A DNA stretch of 64,000 bases from assembly GCF_016433145.1 (NCBI RefSeq), contig NC_058136.1, forward strand, positions 47,539,076 through 47,603,075, written 5' to 3'. Position 1 is the stretch's first letter; every line of letters begins with the position of its first letter. The notes under the pieces were generated by a model. The model did no database searches and had not been told where the DNA came from. It worked only from the letters and a program-made list of their open reading frames with translations. The position numbers and the translations under genes were made by a program. This document shows positions 39,671 to 51,790 of this stretch, piece by piece. This stretch comes from Gracilinanus agilis (taxonomy: Eukaryota).

Positions 39671-42199
39671 CAATTCTGTAATTCTTGAGAGAACTATATT
39701 AGTGTTTAGCCACAGTTGAAGCCTTCCAGGAGTCTAAAGATTCCATTCCATCAGTAGCTTTCTTGACTTTCCTGACAGGAACATACTATTTCTTCACTAG
39801 GGTGCCAGCCTTGTGCCGAGGAGTATAAGACCCATTTTAAAATCGAAGGGAAAATCCATTTCTGTTGTGGTTTAATTGTTCTCATTCTACCTCATAAAAT
39901 TGTAAAGAATGTACTTTGTAAAACTTAAAGTCCCATAAAAATTTTCCCCCTCCCTCCCCCAGATCAAAAGCCTTGTTCCCAATCTGCTATTCACATCCAT
40001 TCATCCAGGGAAGCAAACCCTGTGGATCAGGGAGCAGCCAGGATTTGAGCCTTGCTACCTGCCATCCAGTGGCTACAGTTGGGCCAAGCAAGCCAGTCGA
40101 ATTAAAGTACAAAGACATCATGAGGGAGAGAGATAGGGGGGCAGCATGTCCCAGGAGGGATCGAACCAGTACACCCACCTTGCTCATCATCTCCCTTGAG
40201 ATCCAGAGTGGAGACATTCTAGCACTCATCAATCCTAGTATGAATGATTTCCCTTCTCCCATCTCTGGCCCATTTCTCAGCCTGATTCTATAGCTATCCC
40301 ACAGGAAACTGTCACTGTGTGCCTAAGGGATCTCTCCCTACCCAAAAGAATCACTAAGTTGATCCCCCATGGCTACAAGTCACAGAACATCACTGCACGC
40401 TTAGAATTAAATTATGCAGGAGATGTGGAATACAGTCTGCCATTAGAGAAACATATACTGGAAGGAAGGAGGCATTGGTCAGGTATGAAGAACAAAAGAT
40501 GATCTCTGAATAGCATGACTAGATCACTGATGTTAATGCAAGGAGAGAATTAAAGAAAGACCCTCAGCGAGTTGAGGAGGTAGGAGTGGAGGCTGGACCC
40601 TTGTGGAGATCTTATGGACCCGATCTGCTCAGGTTGGACAAATATAGATGGATCAGGATCTGTTTCTTTGGAGGAAATAAGCAAACAGTTACAGGGCTAT
40701 CAAAGGATGCATGGATACTTTAATAATCAATGACTTCATTGCAAAGACTGGAATAGGGTAAGATGGTGAAAAATACATTGGAAAATACAGCTCAGGATTA
40801 ACAAATGAAAGAGACCAGAGGCTTGAAGATGGCCCCAAAGCATCCTATCCACAGAACATAAATATTTTCTTTAAGAAAATTAGCAGGCATGTGACAAACA
40901 CTAAATAATATCAGTAAAAGGTTTATTGACTATTTTTAATAGAGAAGAAATGACTATACACCAATCTAGGGTCCATTTCTAAATCAGTAATGTGCAGAAT
41001 TGCTTGTTAAAGCAACAAGAAGAATCAATACCAAATTAGAAGAAAAAATAAAGATAAGAAGACATTATGGCATGCAATTAAAAGGGACTCCAGTTTGAGC
41101 TTTACATTTAAATAAATGATGCCAGAATAATGGGAAATGGATAAATGACAAGATATCAAACTGGATGATTATTATCCCATAGATGTTTGGCCAATATAAA
41201 TTAATTGCCAGAAAGGAAAGACCAGGAGAGTCTAAAAACCATCTCGGCCAACAAGACTCATCTCCCTGCCAAGTAGAATGATACAGCAGCCAAAGGCAAC
41301 ACCGCTATAGAATGTAAGCTCATTTGTAGCTAGGGAATGTCTATAGCTCTTCCTGACTGTCTATCTCCCTAGCAACTATACTTTGCTGCCTCCTAAGTAT
41401 AAGAAAGGGGCCCCACAGTCCCTGGTCTTACAAGCTCAAGCACTTTACTGTATTTCATTTGGACTTTTAGTATAAACTGAAAGTATCTTTGGGCTTTTAG
41501 TGCCACCAATCTTGCTTCTGTCTTATTCGTTTCTTTGAAAAGGCCAACTGAAATGAAAAGTTTCTAAAATGTGAAAAAAAAGTATTTTAGCATAGATTGG
41601 ATGAGGAAAGAGCCCAAGAGTTGGGAGATCTGCATTCTTGTCCTGGTTTTGCTAGTAACTAGTTGAGTGACTTTGCATAGGTCTCTTTCTCACTCTGGGC
41701 TTCAGTCTTTATCTGTCATGTGAGAAGATTGAATTGGATAATATCCCAGATCCTTTCTAGTTCAAGAATATATTCTTTTAAGGGAACAGTCAAAATTACA
41801 CACACATACATATTAAAGATTTCCTTCTTTTGCTTAGCTGCCTACCCACTGGAAAAGCCAGGCAGGTCTTGGGGCAGATGGCAAGTGCCAATCACATGAG
41901 ACCAGAGTCCTGCTCGTGAGTGATCTGTGTTTGTATTGGCATGCTCTTCAGATGCAGGAGAAGAAAAACAGAGCTGGAGATGACAGTTACATTCAGGCAA
42001 GGAGTCCAAATATTTCAGCGAAAATTAAATCGCTGTTCTCTTTTTCCCTCACAGAGAGAGACAGAAGGAATTTTTGAATCCTGGCAATTCTTATTTCCAT
42101 AATCCTTCCATTTCTCAGGATCAGATGAACTGTATTTGCCTGGCAGAAAGTTAACTCGGACTCAAATTACATCTCTATGAGAAATATTCCAATCTCGTT

Positions 42200-42245
42200 G
42201 TGCGTGCATGTTTGTGCGTGCGTGTGTGTGTGTGTGTGTGTGTGT
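42200..42245. repeat. (GT)n / (GCGT)n microsatellite
   Basis: Read directly from the sequence. Confidence 0.9.
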
Positions 42246-42714
42246 TGATGCATATTAACATCTGCCCAGAGATAGGGAAAGCTCCTACCTCTGCAAGTGA
42301 ACCAAGATTGGCTCAGGATAATGGCTTGCACAGAATGAGGTAGGAATGATGAACTCCATTTTTATGTTCTAAAATCCAATTGCACCTGTTTTTTCCAAAA
42401 GCTCAGCAAAGATCTTTCCCAAAGAAGAGGGAAACAGGAAGGAACTCGGGCAAGCTCTATCATGACAAAGTTCATACCTCTCCCCCACTGCTCTGTTCTG
42501 ACTCTCTTCTTTGCTTCCTTGAATAGATTGGGAATGTTTGAAACGGAGGAATATATCAATATTAACAGAATTATTTTACTCTTTTAAGATTTGAAAAATG
42601 CTTTACATATAGCATCTCTTTTGGTCTTGCAACAACTGTATGAAAAAAGTGCTATTATTATCATCATCCCCATTTTACAAGCAAGGAAACAGGCTAAGAA
42701 AGGTTTCTTTCTTG

Positions 42715-44230
42715 GCCATTGATTCAACAAATAATAAGCAGAATGCTAGATATTTTGGGGTATACAAAGTACTTTTGTAATAAGAGTATCTTGCACGATG
42801 CATTACTTTTAGGTTTCCATAATGCTTTCCTTTCATCATCTCATTTGGTCTTAGTAATACCCTTGGGAGGTGAGCTCTGTTATTGTCATCACTTTGGAGA
42901 AGAGGGAAAGGACAAAAGAGGTAAGTTACTTGCTGAGACACACAGCTTGTAATTTTAAAGGTGCAAGGAAGGAGGAGTCAAAGCCGTGTCTTTCTTACTC
43001 CAAGTTGCCTTGCTATTTCCTCAGGATAGGCCGTATGTTCCCCTTTTAAGGTACTCACAGTTTAATTGGGGAGAATTTGGTAAGTGAACCAAACAAGCGG
43101 GAAAGAATTGAACTCAGTACAAGAGCTGTCACCCCACAGTATGTGGTTGCTCCCAAAGAGAGTTATAGAGAAATTCTGGGGAAGGAGGGATCATGATGCT
43201 TTTGAGATCATCAGGGATGTTCTGGAGGAGATGGGACAAGATATCCAGTGGTCTGTGAAGTTGGCTTACCATTTCAGTTAGATGTAAACATAGTATTATA
43301 GCTAGGAAACTCTGAGTCTTTACTGTCCAATCTTTCTGGCCCAGATGTATCCATGTGCCAAAAGCTTAGAAGTAAAATTTAGAGTCTCCATTGCAGAGGT
43401 CTTTAACTGACAGGAAAAAAGACTTTGGACCTCATCCCTTAAGGTGGTCATAGGATCATAAATTTCAAGTTGGAAGGAACCTAAGAGGTGATATGGTCCA
43501 ACTCTACCATCTTACAGGTGAAAAACCTAGAGCATAAAGGGGAAATGACTTGCCCAAGGTCACATAGGAAGTAAATATCTGAGTCATGATTTGAAGGCAG
43601 GGTCTCCAATTCTACTTCTTTCCTATTAAGATCATTGCTACTGAGAATTTTTGAAAATAATAATGAGTGACATCTTGTAGTGCTTAAGGTTTACAAAAGT
43701 ACTTTACATACATTATCTCACCTGAGTCTTGAGAGCCCCCTCTGAGATGAATGCAGCAGGTATTATTCCCATTTTTTTCAGATGGGGAGACTAAGAATTG
43801 CCTAAGTAAAATTGTCTCAGGAGGGTTTTGAATGCAAGCCATTTGGATTCCAAGTCTAGTGAATGCCATCAACTATGCTGGGCTGCCTTGATGAATGCAC
43901 TATTAAAAGAGTCTATACCAATGTGGCAATAACATGCTGGAAGGATTTAAGAAGGTGTCATCAGGAGGCAGGGGACCAGTTAGAAGGTGAATATAGTAGA
44001 ACAGACAAGAGATGATGAGGATCTAGGCAAAGAGCAAGGTAGTAGAAAGGAAGGGAAAAATGCAAGAGGCGCTATAAAGCAGGCTTCCATAGGGCTTAGT
44101 GACCGATAGCAAAGAGAAGGCAAAATAGAGAGATGGGGGTAAGATTGGTGACTTGGAATTAAGAGGGACGGAGAGAGAAGTTAGTAAAGAGGAAAAAATG
44201 ATGAATTTGTTGTAAGGCTTTTGGAGTTAT
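42715..44230 (-). mobile_element. Fragmented L2 with several MIR insertions
   Basis: GATTCAACAAATAATAAGCAGAATGC at 42721 and purine-rich L2-antisense segments at 43050-43250 and 43900-44230. Confidence 0.5.
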
Positions 44231-44590
44231 TGGATTCTAAAGTACATTAGCTAGTCTGCTTAAATTCTCTTTTCAAACACTATCATTTTATATCTTCCAC
44301 AAGTCTAGTCATTAGAAAGTACGTTCAATTGTCTCTTTTTGGGAAAACCAATTAAATTTGTATAAACCTATCACAAACTCAAGGTCAAGTACTGATAAGA
44401 AGTATAGCAAATCAAAAATTTCTAATTTTGTAGGAATATTTATCTAGTTTTACACATATACTTTCATTGAAAATTGGAAAACAAAAACTCAAATTGTCAT
44501 GCTTATGGGAATTCTGTTTGGGTACACATTGGGGAAACCTCTCCCTTCCCCTGCCTTTTCATGAAATCAGGAATATTTGCTGATCAAATG

Positions 44591-44664
44591 AAAGTTCATT
44601 CTCAACTAAAAAACTTCTCGCAAAGAGTTCTTTGTGAGAAGTTTTTTAGTTGAGAATGAACTTT
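44591..44664. repeat. Near-perfect palindrome with 36-bp arms and a 2-nt spacer
   Basis: AAAGTTCATTCTCAACTAAAAAACTTCTCGCAAAGA-GT-TCTTTGTGAGAAGTTTTTTAGTTGAGAATGAACTTT, 35 of 36 positions complementary. Confidence 0.97.
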
Positions 44665-45268
44665 AAATAAAAGTATACAAGTTAAAAATAGTTTCACAGC
44701 GATCTTGCAGTTCAGTAACATCAACTGAGCATTTTGGGAAATGGAGAATTAATCATTTTGGTGTCTCCTATTGCCCATTGCCTATGGGGAGCTCCTCCTC
44801 CTTTGTACCTCACAATGGGATCTTTTCATTTCGATAATGACTTTAAGGCATACTATTAAATCCCCAGTGGGTGCTTGAAAAATCCTCTTTTTAAAGAGCT
44901 CCAGTGTCAGTACAAAGTGTCTTAAGTGAGTTCCTCTGGCAGTTGGGTTGTAGTGGAATTATTATCAAACCAGGCATGACGGTGTTGTTTCCATTTTCCC
45001 CCTAGTATTAAGAATAGCCAATAGAAAGGAGCTTAAGAGAGTATTTCTCTCAGTGGCTTAGTGTACATCATGATGGCAGAATGGAGCACCGTTGTGTGAT
45101 TTGGCAGGCTTCATTTACTGATCGTGTCTATCCAACTTCAGGTGTACTTCAGTACTATGTAGCTCTCCTACTTTCCTCAAAGTTGGACCAGACCTTAGAT
45201 CATATCTATCCATGCCACTGATAAGCCATGCATCTAGATATATTGACACCCTTCATACATATATGTTA

Positions 45269-45495
45269 CAACAGTTCTTCACCTGGGTTCCAGGGACCAT
45301 GGATAGATTTCAGGGGGTCTGTGAACTTGGAAAGAGGGAAAATGGCATCTGTACTTTCATTAGTCTTTGGTTTCCTTTGTAATCATCTGTATTTTATTTT
45401 TTGCATTTAAATTTTTTTTTAATTTTGAGAAGCAGTGCATAGGCTGTACTACCAAAGACAGGGATCTATAACACCAGAAAGTTTAAGAAGCCCTT
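45269..45495 (+). mobile_element. Old hAT-Charlie-type MITE, family D
   Basis: Decayed TIRs CAACAGTTCTTCACCT...AAGTTTAAGAAGCCCTT, resembling CAGGGGTTCTTAACCT-type ends, with internal GGATAGATTTCAGGGGGTCTGTGAACTTGG. No clear TSD. Confidence 0.6.
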
Positions 45496-46299
45496 ATCTG
45501 GTTCCAAGATTTTGATATTATGGTCCAGGACCCAGATTTTTCTTTTAAAAAAAGAATTTACATTTCAAAATGACTATTTGTCTGATTGATTGTCTGATGC
45601 TTCTGTGACCTCCATGTAGATGTTACCTGCAATGATGCAGATTAAAAGTGACACCGGCCTGGTCATCCTGAGCACTTCTTGCCATTGCCTCCCTTTAAGT
45701 GCTTTATTGGGAGTTGTTCCTTTGTGTTCCAGGCCTTACTTCCTCTCAGCCTCTCACAATTATGAAACAAAGGAGCTTTCAATTTGGTCCATGTTTTGGT
45801 TCCAGACCACCTCCTTTTTTTGATTGGACAGCTCTCTGTGAATTGCTACCCTATGATTTTTTGTTGATAAGATGCATTGCAATACAGTGACACCTCAGTT
45901 TTCATAGATAATCTGTCTGAAAACAACCAATGAAATCTGAAACTAATGAAAATCAAGGCAATTAATTCCATACGAATCAATGTAAGTCCAATTAATTCAT
46001 TCTAGACACTCCAGAATACATACGGAAAACACATTTTATAGAGAATATAGTGATTAATACTGAAACAATAAGAAATTCATATAAAAGACTAATGTAAGAA
46101 AAAATGAATATTTAACATGGCATTTACCTTTTTGAAGGCTCTTCTTGGTGTATAGAAGACAGCCAGAAAGGGAGAGAGAGGTTACTGTTTAGAAGGGGAA
46201 TCCTCCTCTATAAGGACCTTAGGTATCAAGGCACTATTTGGAAAGACTTTGGAAAGAAGCTGACGTCTAGATGAGTTGTTACTTTATGTCCTTCTTCTC

Positions 46300-47416
46300 T
46301 CTCTTTTTAAAAAAACAACCCAAACATTTATTAAATTAATTAATTTAGAATATTTTTCCATGGTTACATGATTTGTATTCTTTCCCTCCCCTCCTTCCTT
46401 CCCCCTTCCATAGCCAATGAGCAATTCCACTGGCTTTTATATGTATCATTGATCAAGACCCATTTCTATATTATTAATATTTGTAACAGAGTGATCATTT
46501 AGAGCAGTGGTTCCCAAACTTTTTTGGCCTACCGCCCCCTTTCCAGAAAAAATATTACTTAACCCCCTGGAAATTATTTTTTTTAAATTTTAATAGCAAT
46601 TAATAGGAAAAATAAATGCACCTGTGGCCATCACGGCTCCCCTGAATCGCTGTAGCACCGACCAGGGGGCGGTAGCGCCCACTTTGGGAATCACTGATTT
46701 AGAGTCTACATCCCCAATCATATCCCCATTGAACCATGTGATCAAGGAAATGTTTTTTCTTCTGTATTTCTACTTCCACAGTTCTTTCTCTGGATGTGAA
46801 TAGTTTTCTTTCTCATAAGTCCCTCAGAATTATCCTGTATCATTGCAATTCTGCTAGTAGGGAAGTTCATTACGTTCGATTGTCCCATAATCTATCAGTC
46901 TCTATATACAATGTTCTCCTGGTTCTGCTCCTTTCACTCTGCATCTATTCCTGGAGGTCATTCTAGTTCACATGGAATTCCTCCAGTTCATAATCCCTTT
47001 TAGCACAATAGTATTCCATCACCAACAGATACCACAATTTGTTCAGCCATTCCCCATTCAATGGACACCCCTCATTTTCCAATATTTTGCCACCACAAAA
47101 AGCAAGGCTATAAATATTTTTGTACAAGTCTTTTTCCTTATTATCTCTTTGGGGTACAGACCCAGCAGTGATATGGCTGGGTCAAAGGTCAGACAGTCTT
47201 TTAAAGCCATTTGGGCATAGTTCCAAATTGCCTTCCAGAATGGTTGGATCAATTCACAACTCCACCAGCAGTGCATTAGTGTCCCAAATTTGTCACATCT
47301 TCTCCAATATTTATTATTTTCCTTTGATGCCATATTGTCCAATCTGCTAAGGTGTGAAGTTGTACCTCAGAGTTTTTTTGATTTACATTTCTCTAATTAT
47401 AAGAGAGTTAGAACAC
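46300..47416 (-). mobile_element. 5'-truncated L1 (ORF2 Cys-rich C-terminus plus 3' UTR) with a nested hAT MITE
   Basis: ORF 47058-47342(-) WRRCDKFGTLMHCWWSCELIQPFWK...FDPAISLLGLYPKE is the L1 ORF2 C-terminus. 15-bp TSD TATGTCCTTCTTCTC / TATGTCCCTCTTCTC. Confidence 0.93.
46505..46696 (+). mobile_element. hAT MITE family A, copy 2, inserted in an L1 3' UTR
   Basis: TIRs CAGTGGTTCCCAAA / TTTGGGAATCACTG, perfect TSD ATTTAGAG, 192 bp. Confidence 0.96.
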
Positions 47417-49168
47417 TATGTCCCTCTTCTCAGCTGAGATACTATGGGAGAATTTCTGCTTGAACGAGATGAGATATCTCACTCCCAATGAGAGAGCTCA
47501 TTCATTTTGTATATTGTATATTTTGTATGCTTCATCTGATTTTTGTTTGCTCTCTGTATAGATAAATGGATTTATTTGCTTTTCAACACACGTATTGCTC
47601 ACATGAGCAGGATAACCTGTGGGTTGCCCTTTGTTTTCACAAAATTAGCATCGAGGTCAAGTGGGCACACCAACAAAATCTGAGGCAACTGAAGAAAACC
47701 AAGACAATTTTTTCCAAGGAAAAAATCCATGAAAACTGAAACCAACAATAATTGATGTCAATGAAAAATGAGGTATTGCTGTATTAGCACACCCACCTCT
47801 TTATTTCCCTTTGGGTGATCCTTTGGTAGTTGTGATATGCTAGGACTCCCAGACATATAGCTGAGTGATATTGATGTTTGTAAGGTAGGCTTTAGTTTCC
47901 TGGAGAATCCTGAGGATCTACTCCCAACTATGCTTTGAAGTCATTAAGTATCAAAGTATAAATTAATTTAATTTAAAGGATCTTATTCAAGTCTCGACAG
48001 AACTTCTCCTTCCATATCCTCTGCAACAGATAACTGTGCATATGTGAACAGAATCCACACACTGGTTTTTTTTCTGTAAGTACTTATCATCCCTGAGATA
48101 TGAAATGACCAAAAATCCCAGGAAATTATGTTTGTTTCTTATGGCCATTGAGTGCATGATAAAATCAACCCTACCATTTCCTTTATTCCCCTCTTCAAGG
48201 ATTACCTATGGGCCATCCTTCCAGTTAGTTGCAGTTTTCTTCTTTCTCATGATTTCATTTATAGCAAAAATCTCAAGATAGTTCCAATTCTGTTTCTCTA
48301 GAAGTATGTGCCATTAGTCAGGGTATTAAACATTAGAGAACCAACACCAAAGTTAAAATTTATAGACAGTCTCAAAATGGCCTTATTCTTAGTTTGCTTT
48401 GCTTTCCTATTTCGCCACTGTGTGGCCGTCATGAAAGAAACAGGAATCTACGCAAAATTGAGGGCCATTTTGTAGTTATCTTTGTTAATGGGTTGACATG
48501 GCCAAAATACTCATCACTATGTGGTGAGTCAATCCATGCTTAAATCAACTGGTCCTATCCATTTCAGACTAGACTCAAAACCTAGTAGAAATTGTCAGAG
48601 TTTATACTCTACTGTCATAACTTTTTGGAATCCAGGTTCACCTTCACAGCATGAATGAGATGTAATAGTTGTCCATGGCAGAGACTGACAATTTACCCCA
48701 AGAATATACCACAGTAGAAAGTTGGAGATTGATAAATGTCCATTGTGGAACAATTTTGCCCTTCTAGGAAGAAAACAAGCCCAAACCATTTGTTTCATAG
48801 GTAGAATAGAAAGGCGAGATTGAATAGGTTTCTTGGTCACCTATTTTTGTGTGTGCCTGTTTCCAAAGAAATTTGACGAGAGCTAAACAAAAATTTGTGG
48901 AGAAACATAGATGTAGAAGGGACATTAGAGAGCCTACAGTCCAATTCCTTCGTTGTAAACATAGGAAAACGGAGATGCAGAGAGGATGAATGGGGTAACT
49001 AGTCATTGGCAGAGGCACACCAGAAAAGAACTCTCCTAATTCCAGTACAGTGCTTGTTCCACGCTAGCCTCCATCTCATTTTCCTTCACTTATTTTTTTA
49101 ATATGAGGAAGGTCACCGTTTGGCAGATGACATGGAAAGTGTGGGCTGCTGCAGTAACTTGGGCACTC

Positions 49169-49417
49169 TATAAAAATAGGATTTGGCTGTGCTCCGAGGA
49201 CGCTGCCTTGGGGAGATGTCTAGACGAACCATAGCAGAGCAAGCCAGCCAACACTTTCTGTCCTATCCAGCCACTGTTTACATAAATATACTGGTCAATC
49301 CCACAAGAATGGTAAGTAGTTATGATAATGCCTTTGGTTAAAGCAGAAGGACTTTTTCTCATGTAAAAATAATCTAAAGGGCACAGAAAATGGAACATCA
49401 TTGGGTCAAATGGTTCA
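49169..49417 (+). promoter_or_regulatory. Candidate TATA promoter and first exon with an intronic DR3 element
   Basis: TATAAAAA at 49169-49176; ATG at 49216 opens 32 codons to ATG|GTAAGT (donor at 49312); GTCTAGAC at 49218-49225; TGTTTAC at 49275-49281; GGGTCA-aat-GGTTCA at 49403-49417. Confidence 0.4.
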
Positions 49418-50254
49418 AATGAAATCATGCAGCATTTTGACACTTGATCTCACAAGAACATGATTTTTTATATTTGTGATCCAAGTGACAGTGAGAGATC
49501 AAGAGATCAATCACGTACTGCATGCTCAATATGTATCAGAGGGAAGGAGACCCATGCAAGGCACAACTTCTAGCCCTGGACTTAGAGACAGGAAGGCCTG
49601 GGTTCAAATGTGGCTTCACACACTTATTTGCTTGAAGAGCCTAAACAAGTTATTTAATCTCTCTGTGTCTTAGTTTCCTTCTCTGTAAAATGAAGGAGTT
49701 GAGCTTGATGGTCTCTAAAGCCTCTTCAAGCTTGTTCAGGGACAGTCTTCTATTCCTGCCTGTGCCCCCTCATTCTATCTTCTGCCATCCTTTCCCTAGC
49801 CTAGCTACCCTTGCTTGTTCTTTGTAATAGAGACATGGGAGAGGAGAGAAAATTTCGGTTCATAAAATGAACAGTGAGCAAGCTCTGTAGCAAATTCTAC
49901 TGAAGAGAATGGGCTCGTCATTCTTTGCCACATTTGAAATCTTCTCAGTAGCAAAACTCTGTACTACTTTTTCACACTTGTCTTCATTTCCTTTTGGGAT
50001 AGAATAAGAAATTATCTGTAACATGATTAGCACAGTTCTTGGCATATAGTAGGTGCTTAAGAAATGCTTGTTCATTTTTTCCTCCCCTTCAAAGAAATCG
50101 TGAAGGATACTTAAGTCACCCGGTCCTAGGCTGAGTGAAAAGATATAGTATACCTAAGGTAGGGTTACTAGAACTTTGTCTTAGGCACCAACATTTCAAA
50201 GGGGCTGGCATCATCACTTGCCATTTTCCAGCCATTTCTTTCCATTGCTTAGAA

Positions 50255-50447
50255 CAGTTGTTCCCAAACTTTTTTGGCCTCCCGCCCCCTTTCCAGAAAA
50301 AAATATTACTTAGCCCCCTGGAAATTAATTTTTTTAAATTTTAATAGCAACTAATAGGAAAGATAAATGCACCTGTGGCCATCACCACCTCCCTGGATCG
50401 CTGCAGCACCCACCAGGGGGCAGTGGCGCCCACTTTGGGAATCACTG
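50255..50447 (+). mobile_element. hAT MITE family A, copy 3
   Basis: TIRs CAGTTGTTCCCAAA / TTTGGGAATCACTG, TSD GCTTAGAA / GCTTAGAG, 193 bp. Confidence 0.95.
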
Positions 50448-51008
50448 GCTTAGAGGGAGAGAGAGCTTTCTTCAGCAGTTTCCCTACAGGTGAACTCCTC
50501 CTTATCGCTTTTGGGGTGGCCTGTCCTAGCTATAGCTTGGCTGTTTAAAGCTCTGAGTGGTTGCTCTTGTGCCGCTTCCCATCAGTATGTGCCTGCCCCA
50601 TTCTTCCAGGGTAGGCAGGCAGTCACTAGTACAAGGTGTAGGCCTCCATGACTGGAGGCAGCAGAGTGAACTGTTCAGTCTCAATGACTTTAGCTCTTAA
50701 GGATGTAAAAGGATATCTCTCTCTGCTTGTAATCTCTGTCTGATTGCCTCTGGACATTTGGATGGGGAGGCGGGGAAACTGGCAGGATTGGTTCCTCTAT
50801 TTGTTATCACATAGAACCGAAAACATCCCATGGGTGTCCCTTTTCTTATATACATGTAGTACTGTAGGGCATGATTTTTTGCTGTGAGGCCTTAAAAGAT
50901 TTAGGAATTACCACAGAGGAGCATAAATCGTACAGGAAAGCTCTTTCATTCCGATACGAGTTTTTTCTCTGTCTTTAGGGGTTTTGATACGTTGATATTT
51001 GTGGTTAC

Positions 51009-51113
51009 CTGCACATACTTATGTATATGGACAGGAATTTTTCCTATAGGTTTAAAGAAAGCGCCATCACATGTATAATATGGGGAGTCGCCATTAGGTG
51101 CTTTTTTTTTTTC
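51009..51113 (-). other. Candidate 105-nt phase 0-0 exon, unassigned
   Basis: Acceptor CTCCTGTATCTTTTTCAG|G, donor CAG|GTAACC. The only open frame is EKKKAPNGDSPYYTCDGAFFKPIGKIPVHIHKYVQ. Confidence 0.25.
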
Positions 51114-51169
51114 CTGAAAAAGATACAGGAGTTTCAGAGAACCGCAAGCTCAATAGGAGTTAGAAAGCT

Positions 51170-51790
51170 GATATGGCAACTCAAAAAAACCTGAATGTGA
51201 TGTTGGACTGCTTGAACAGGGCCATGGATTCCTGGAATAACAAGGTAACAGTCTTGCCATAGTCTTGTTTCTGTTCCAATCAGCCCACATCTACAGTACT
51301 GTTCTCAGGTCCAGGCATTGCTGTTGAGGGTGAATGTTGATAAGACAGAGAATATCCAGAAGAAGGCAACCATGATGGTGGAGGACATTGGGCCTATGCT
51401 ATAGAAGGCGTTTTTCATGTGGAAAAGAGAATGCCTCAAGGGGCCATCAGAGCTGTATTCCAGTATTAGGAGACCTGTCACGTGAAGGAGAATTTAGTCC
51501 TACTCTGCTTGGCCCCAGAGAGCAAAGTTGAGAGGGGTCAAAGGTAGTGGCAAAGAGGACGTCAGGAAAAAAACTTCCTCACAATGTTTCACTGGGAAAT
51601 GGAGTGTCCCAGGAAGTGGGAAGTAGGCTTCACAGAAGGCCTGCAGATTCCTGATAAATGATCAATACCTGTTGAGGATGGTGAAGGCAGGATGTCTCGT
51701 TAGGTCATGATGAGACTAAATGGCCATTGAGGTGCCTTCCAGCTCTAAGTTTTGTGCATCTGTATGAACGATCCTGACTCAAGGCCAATT
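51170..51790 (+). mobile_element. CR1/L3 3' fragment
   Basis: CCCACATCTACAGTACTGTTCTCAGGTCCAGGC (PHLEYCVQFW-like)...GAATATCCAGAAGAAGGCAACCATGATGG. Confidence 0.7.

Noticed and set aside
47058-47342. Cys/Trp-rich 94-aa ORF
   Set aside because: It is the L1 ORF2 C-terminus, not a host gene.
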